This document shows positions 54,265 through 64,000 of a stretch of 64,000 nucleotides of DNA, one piece after another; position 1 is the first letter of the stretch; each line of letters opens with the position of its first letter. The DNA is taken from NCBI RefSeq assembly GCF_009914755.1, contig NC_060927.1, one strand, 5' to 3'. A model generated the notes under the pieces. The model ran no database searches. It saw nothing but the letters and a program-made list of their open reading frames with translations, and was not told the DNA's origin. This stretch comes from the human T2T-CHM13v2.0 reference genome, Homo sapiens. The translations under genes were made by a program, and so were the position numbers.

Positions 54265-57037
54265 TTGAATGACATACTGCAGTTTTAAAAAATCCATTGT
54301 CCTGTTGACAATGATGAACTGTTTGTAGGCTGTTCCATTATGAATAAAATGGCTATAAACATTCTTCTACAAGTTATTTTGTGGAAATGTGTTTTCATTT
54401 CTCTTGAGTGTAAAATGGCTATAAACATTCTTCTACAAATGATTTTGTGGATATGCGTTTTCATTTCTCTTGAGTGAATACTTAGGAGTTGAATTACTAT
54501 GTCAAAAATTAATGTATGTTTGGTTTGATAAGAAATTGCCAGAGTTTTTCCAATGTGGTTGTACCATATTATACTCCCTTCAGCAATGTAGGAGAGTTAG
54601 AACTGGTCTACATTCTCCCCAAAGCTTAGTGATGTCATTGTTTTTCATTTTAGCCATTCTGGTGACATATGTGGGTATCTTCTTCTAACTTTAATTTTTG
54701 TGTGGACCAAATGACATTGAGCAGTTTTTTGTGTACTTTATTGGCTATTTGTATCTCTTCCTTTGTCAGATATCTGTAAAAATATTTTGCTCACTTTTAA
54801 TTAATTTTGTCTTTTAACTGTTTGGTTATAATAAGTTTTTATATGTATACTGAGGATAGAAGTCGTTTGTCAGATATATGTTTGCAAATACTTCTTGCTA
54901 GTTTTTCCATTCTTTTTTTGTCTTTCAATGACAAATTTTTAATTTTGTGAAGTCCAATTTATGACTTTTTTCTGTTATGATTACTGCTTTCTAATTCTGT
55001 CTAGGAAACTTTTGCTTAGCCTCATTACAAAGGTTTGTTTGTAATGTTTATGTCTGTATGTTTATTTTGCTAAAAGTATTACATAGTGTTTGAAGTTAAT
55101 GATTCCCATAAAGCTATCCAGTTGTTCTCGAACTGTTATTGAAAAAACTTTCTATTTCCATTGGATTCCTTTGGCATCTTTTTCAAAACTTGATTTACCA
55201 TCAATGTGTGCTTATATTTCTGGACTTTATTCTATTGTGCTGATCTGTTTATCAATACCTATGCCAGTACCATATTATCTTGATTACTATAGCTTTACAG
55301 TAAATATTAGGGTTAGATAATGTAAGTCTTCCAAATTTGTTCTTTTTTTTCTTTCAAAATTGCTTTAGATATTCTAGGTCCTTTGTATTTCCATACAAAT
55401 TTTAGAATCAAATTTTACAAAATCCCCTGCTGGGATTCTGTTTGGGATTGCATTGTATCTATAGATCAATTTGGGGTGGATTGTTGTCTTAAAAATATTA
55501 GGTCTTCAAATTGATGAACTTTATCAAATGAACCCCATGTATTTAGGTCCTTTTTATTTAACATTTCATCAATATATTATAGTTTTCAATGTGAATGTCG
55601 TTTATATCTTTGTGTCAAATTTATTTCAAAATATTTTATGTTTTTAATGCCATTATAAGTAAAATTATTTCTCTGAGTTTTAAATTTTTCTCTGTCAATA
55701 TATGAAAATACAATTGAGTTTTAAATTTTAATCCTGTATCCTGTGAACTTATTTATTATTTTCAGTATCTTTATTGTATTTTCCTTACAATTTTCTGTTA
55801 AAAATTATGTCATCTATATATAGACATAGTTTTATTCATTTCTTTTATAACTTTAGTCTTCTAAATATTTTTAATCCCTTACTGCAATTAGCAAGGACCT
55901 TCAGTAGAATATTCAAAATAAATGGTAGAAGTGGGTATCCTTGGCTTTTTTCAGATCTCAGAGGAACAGTTCTCAGTGTTTCTGCATTAAGCAGATTTTT
56001 CATAGACGCCCTTTGTCAGGTTGAGAAAGTTTCTTACTATTCCTAGTTTGCTGAGAATTGTTATCATGAATAAATTTTTATAAGTTATTTTCATAATTTT
56101 TTAAGTGATTGCATTGTTTCTGTCTTTTATTTTGTTAATATGGTGACTTACATTGGTTGGCTTGTGAATGTTAAACCAGCCATGCATTCTTAGAATAAGT
56201 CCTTTAATTGAGATGTATTCTTATATATATAGTAAAATTGCTAGTATTGTGTTAAAGTCTTTTTTGTTCCTTTGTTTATATAATTTTCCTTTTTTAGTAA
56301 TATCTTTGTTAGGTTTTGAAATTAAAGTTATACCGGCATCGTAAAACCAATTATAAAGTGCATCTTCCTTTTATATTTTGTCAAAGAGTTTTTGTAATAT
56401 CGGTACTATTTATTTATTTCATTTGCTAGTTAATAAACTTGGCCTGGAGATTTCCATATGGATAGGATTTTGACAGCAAACTGAATAGTGTGTCAGATAC
56501 AGGACCATTTAGTTTTCTGTTTTACCTTGCATCAATTTTTGGCAAGTTGCATATTGTGCTTTCAGTAAATTTATTTATTTTATCTTATTTATTCAATTCC
56601 TAATAACTATAATTTATTTTTTCTCCATTTTTCTTCTTGGTAAGTCTAGCTAGGCTTATTAATTTTATGGATGTTTTGTATAGAGGTTTATATTTCATTG
56701 AGTTCTTTGCTTATATTTATTTTCTTTCTTATATATACATTTGGTTTATTCTGATTTTTTAATGATTTATTAGATGCAACGCTAATGATTCATTTTAGAA
56801 CATTATTCTTCTTTGGTTTAAGGAAGAAATTTTCCTTTAAGAACTACTCCAGATGCAGCCACAAATTGTGATATGTTGTGCACTTTCATTATTATTCTTT
56901 GCAAATTCTCTTTTGATATCTTATTTTGTCCATAGATTATTTATTAAATGTGTAGTTTAATTTCCAAATATTTAAAAATATTTTATTATCACTAATTTAT
57001 AACTTAATTCCATAGTAATTACACAGCATACTCTGTA
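54265..57037 (-). mobile_element. Ancient L1M (ORF2/3' region), host of the L1PA insertion; resumes at 63223-63380
   Basis: Decayed antisense ORF2 motifs (GGGATTGCATTGTATCTATAGATCAATTTGGGG, GTATCCTGTGAACTT). Confidence 0.75.
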
Positions 57038-57272
57038 TGATTCAAATTCTTTATTTTTTTTTATACTTTACGTTTTAGGGTACATGTGTACAATGTGCAG
57101 GTTACATATGTACATAGGTATACATGTGCCATGTTGGTGTGCTGCACCCGTTAACTCGTCATTTACATTAGGTATATCTCTTAATGCTATCCCTCCTCCA
57201 TCCCCCCACCCCAACTCACGACAGGCCCCGGTGTGTGATGTTCCCCACCCTGTGTCCAAGTGTTCTAATTGT

Positions 57273-61093
<3,821 letters not shown>

Positions 61094-61156
61094 TATGATG
61101 TTAGCTGGTTATTTTGCTCGTTAGTTGATGCAGTTTCTTCCTAGCATTGATGGTCT

Positions 61157-62181
61157 TTACAATTTGGCATGTTTTTGCAGTGGCAGCTACCAGTTGTTCC
61201 TTTCCATGTTTAGTGCTTCCTTCAGGAGCTCTTGTAAGGCAGGCCTGGTGGTGACAAAATCTCTCAGCATTTGTTTGTCTGTAAAGGATTTTATTTCTCC
61301 TTCACTTATGAAGCTTAATTTGGCTGGATATGAACTACTGGGTTGAAAATTCTTTTCTTTAAGAATGTTGAATATTGGCCCCCACCCTCTTCTGGCTTGT
61401 AGAATTTCTGCCGAGAGATCTGCTGTTAGTCTGATGGGCTTCCCTTTGTGGGTAACCTGACCTTTCTCTCTGGCTGCCCTTAACTTTTGTTCATTCATTT
61501 CAACTTTGGTGAATCTGACAACTATGTGTATTGGAGTTGCTCTTCTCGAGGAGTATCTTTGTGGAATTCTCTGTATTTCCTGAATTTGAATGCTGGCCTG
61601 CCTTGCTAGGTTGGGGAAGTTCTCCTGGATAATATCCTGCAGAGTGTTTTTCAACTTGGTTCCATTCTCCCCATCACTTTCAGGTACACCAATTAGATGT
61701 AGATTTGGTCTTTTCACATAGTCCCATATTTCTTGGAGGCATTGTTCATTTCTTTTTACTCTTTTTTTCTCTAAACTTCTCTTCTTGCTTCATTTCATTC
61801 ATTTGATCTTCAATCACTGATACCTTTTCTTCCACTTGATGAAATTGGCTACCGAAGCTTGTGCATGAGTCACATAGTTCTTGTGCCATGGTTTTCAGCC
61901 CATCCGGTCATTTAAGGACTTCTCTATGCTGTTTATTCTAGTTAGCCATTCGTCTAATCTTTTTTCAAGGATTTAGCTTCTTTCCGATGGGTTCGAACAT
62001 ACTCCTTTAGCTCGGAGATGTTTGTTATTACCGATCATCTGAAGCCTTCTTCTCCCAACTTGTCAAAGTCATTCTCCATCCAGCTTTGTTCCATTGCTGG
62101 CGAGGAGCTGCGTTCCTTTGGAGGTGAAGAGGTGTTCTGATTTTTAGAATTTTCAGCTTTTCTGCTCTGCTTTCTCCCCAT
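61157..62181 (-). pseudogene. L1 ORF1p, disrupted
   Basis: ATG at 62181; fragment KRPNLHLIGVPE...ALQELLKEAL (61187-61717) ends at a premature stop. Confidence 0.93.
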
Positions 62182-62756
62182 CTTTGTGGTTGTATCTACC
62201 TTTGGTCTTTGATAATGGTGACGTACAGATGGGGTTTTGGTGTAGATGTCCTTTCTGTTTGTTAGTTTTCCTTCTAACAGTCAGGACCCTCAGCTGCAGG
62301 TCTGTCAGAGTTTGCTGGAGGTCCACTCCAGAGGCTGTTTGCCTAGGTATCACCAGCAGAGGCTGCAGAACAGCAAATATTGCAAAATGGCAGATGTTGC
62401 TGCCTGATCCTTCCTCTGGAAGTTTCTTCTCAGAGGGGCACCCGGCTGTATGAGGTGTCAGTCAGTCCCTACTGGGAGGTGTCTCCCAGTTAGGCTATTC
62501 GGGGGTCAGGGACCCATTTGAGGAGGCAGTCTGTCCGTTCTCAGATCTCAAACTCTGTGCTAGGAGAACCACTACTCTCTTCCAAGCTGTCAGAAAGGGA
62601 TGTTTAAGTTTGCAGAATTTTCTGCTGCATTTTGTTCAGCTATGCCCTGACCCCAGAGGTGGCATCTACAGAGGCAGGCAGGCCTCCTTGAGCTGCGCTG
62701 GGTTCCACCCAGTTGGAGCTTCCTGGCTGCTTTGTTTACCTACTCAAGTCTCAGCA

Positions 62757-62921
62757 ATGGCTGCCGCCCCTCCCCCAGCCTCGCTGCCGCCCCTCCCCCA
62801 GCCTCGCTGCCGCCTTGCAGTTCCATCTCAGACTGCTGTGCTAGCAGTGAGTGAGGCTCTGTGGGCATGGGACCCTCTGAACCATGCGTGGGATATAATA
62901 TCCTGGTGTGCCATTTTCTAA
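62757..62921 (+). pseudogene. L1 antisense ORF0 variant, frameshifted by a 23-bp duplication
   Basis: GCAATGG start encoding MAAAPPPASLPP (ORF0 N-terminus MAGAPPPASLPP), then an alternative frame to the stop at 62921. Confidence 0.8.
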
Positions 62922-63384
62922 GGCTGTTGGAAAAATGCAGTATTAGGGTGGGAGTGTCCCAATTTTCCAGGTACCATCTGTCATGGCTTCCCTTTACTAG
63001 GAAAGGCAATTCCCTGACCCCTTGCACTTTCTGGATGAGGTCATGCTGCACCCTGCTCTGTGGGCTGCACCCACTGTCTGACAAGTCCTGGTGAGATGAA
63101 CCCAGTACCTCAGTTGGAAATGCAGAAATCACCCGTCTTCTGTGTTGCTCACGCTGGGAGCTGCAGACTGGAGCTGTCCCTATTCGGCCATCTTGGAACC
63201 TCCCTCTTGATTCAAATTCTTTTAAATTTATGAAAACTTGTTTTAATGCCTAGTATGTGGTTTATCTTAGTGAACATACTGTTTGTAACTGAAAATAACA
63301 TGTATTCTATAGTTCTTGGGTGTGGTGTTCTATAAATATCTATTAGCTTAGGTTCATTAATAACATTCAGATCTTCTAAGAGCT

Positions 63385-64000
63385 TAGAGGAAATGTTTTC
63401 AGTTTTCCCCCATTCAGTATGATACTAGCTGTGGGTCTGTCATACAGGTTTTTTTTTTTTTTTTTTTATGTTGAGGCATGTCACTTCTATACCTAGTTTT
63501 TTGAGGGTTTTTATGATGAAGGGATGTTGAATTTTATCAAGTGCTTTTCAGCATCTACTTAAATTATCATATGGCTTTTGTCCTTCATTCTACTGATATG
63601 ATGTATCATGTTGATTGATTTGTTTTTGTTGAACCATTCTTGCATCACTGGGATAAATCCCCCTTGGTCATGATGAACGATCTTTATAATGTATTGTTCA
63701 ATGTGGTTTGCTAGTATTTTATTGAGAACTTTTGCATTAATATTCATCAGATATATTAGCCTATAGTTTTCTTTTTTTGGTATGTCTGTCTGGTTTTAAT
63801 ATTAAGGTAACAATGGCCTTGTAAATGAATTTGGAAGTATTTTTTTATCCTCTTTTTTAAAAAATAGTTTGGGTAGGATTGGTATTAGTTCTTCTTTAAA
63901 TGTTTGGTAGAATTCAGCAGTGAATCAGTTGGGTCTCAGGCTTTTCTTTATTGAGAGACTTTTTAATTTAATGGCTTTAATCTCATTAATTGTTATTGGT
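63385..64000 (-). mobile_element. L1PB/L1MA-type ORF2 (RT) fragment running off the window
   Basis: ORF 63559-63747 [14 protein letters not shown]...HHDQGGFIP...KDKSHMII. Confidence 0.85.

Overview
Primate (human-like), AT-rich, repeat-dense genomic DNA. I found no intact cellular protein-coding exon; most of the longer ORFs in the track fall in L1, Alu or MaLR repeats. The main host feature is a CpG-island promoter (~19.6-20.4 kb) with two minus-strand splice donors. It probably marks alternative non-coding first exons of a gene transcribed leftwards, so bases 1-19.7 kb would be first intron; I could not identify the gene. The rest is layered transposon debris: old L1M/L1MB copies, a full-length but disabled L1PA5/6-like element (57053-63207, minus strand, 15-bp TSD), Alus, MaLR elements (MST, THE1, MLT1), MLT2A, MER57 and MER9 LTRs, Tigger/MER2/MER6/MER45 DNA transposons, MIR, L2 and L3. 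The most interesting non-routine signal is a frameshifted stretch at ~47.65-48.1 kb whose motifs follow the order of Sushi-ichi/Ty3-gypsy gag-derived proteins (LDOC1/RTL/PEG10 family). Other notable points are a 23-bp duplication that frameshifts L1 ORF0 and creates a G-quadruplex motif, and several candidate orphan exons. Repeat subfamily names come from remembered consensus sequences, not from a database search.
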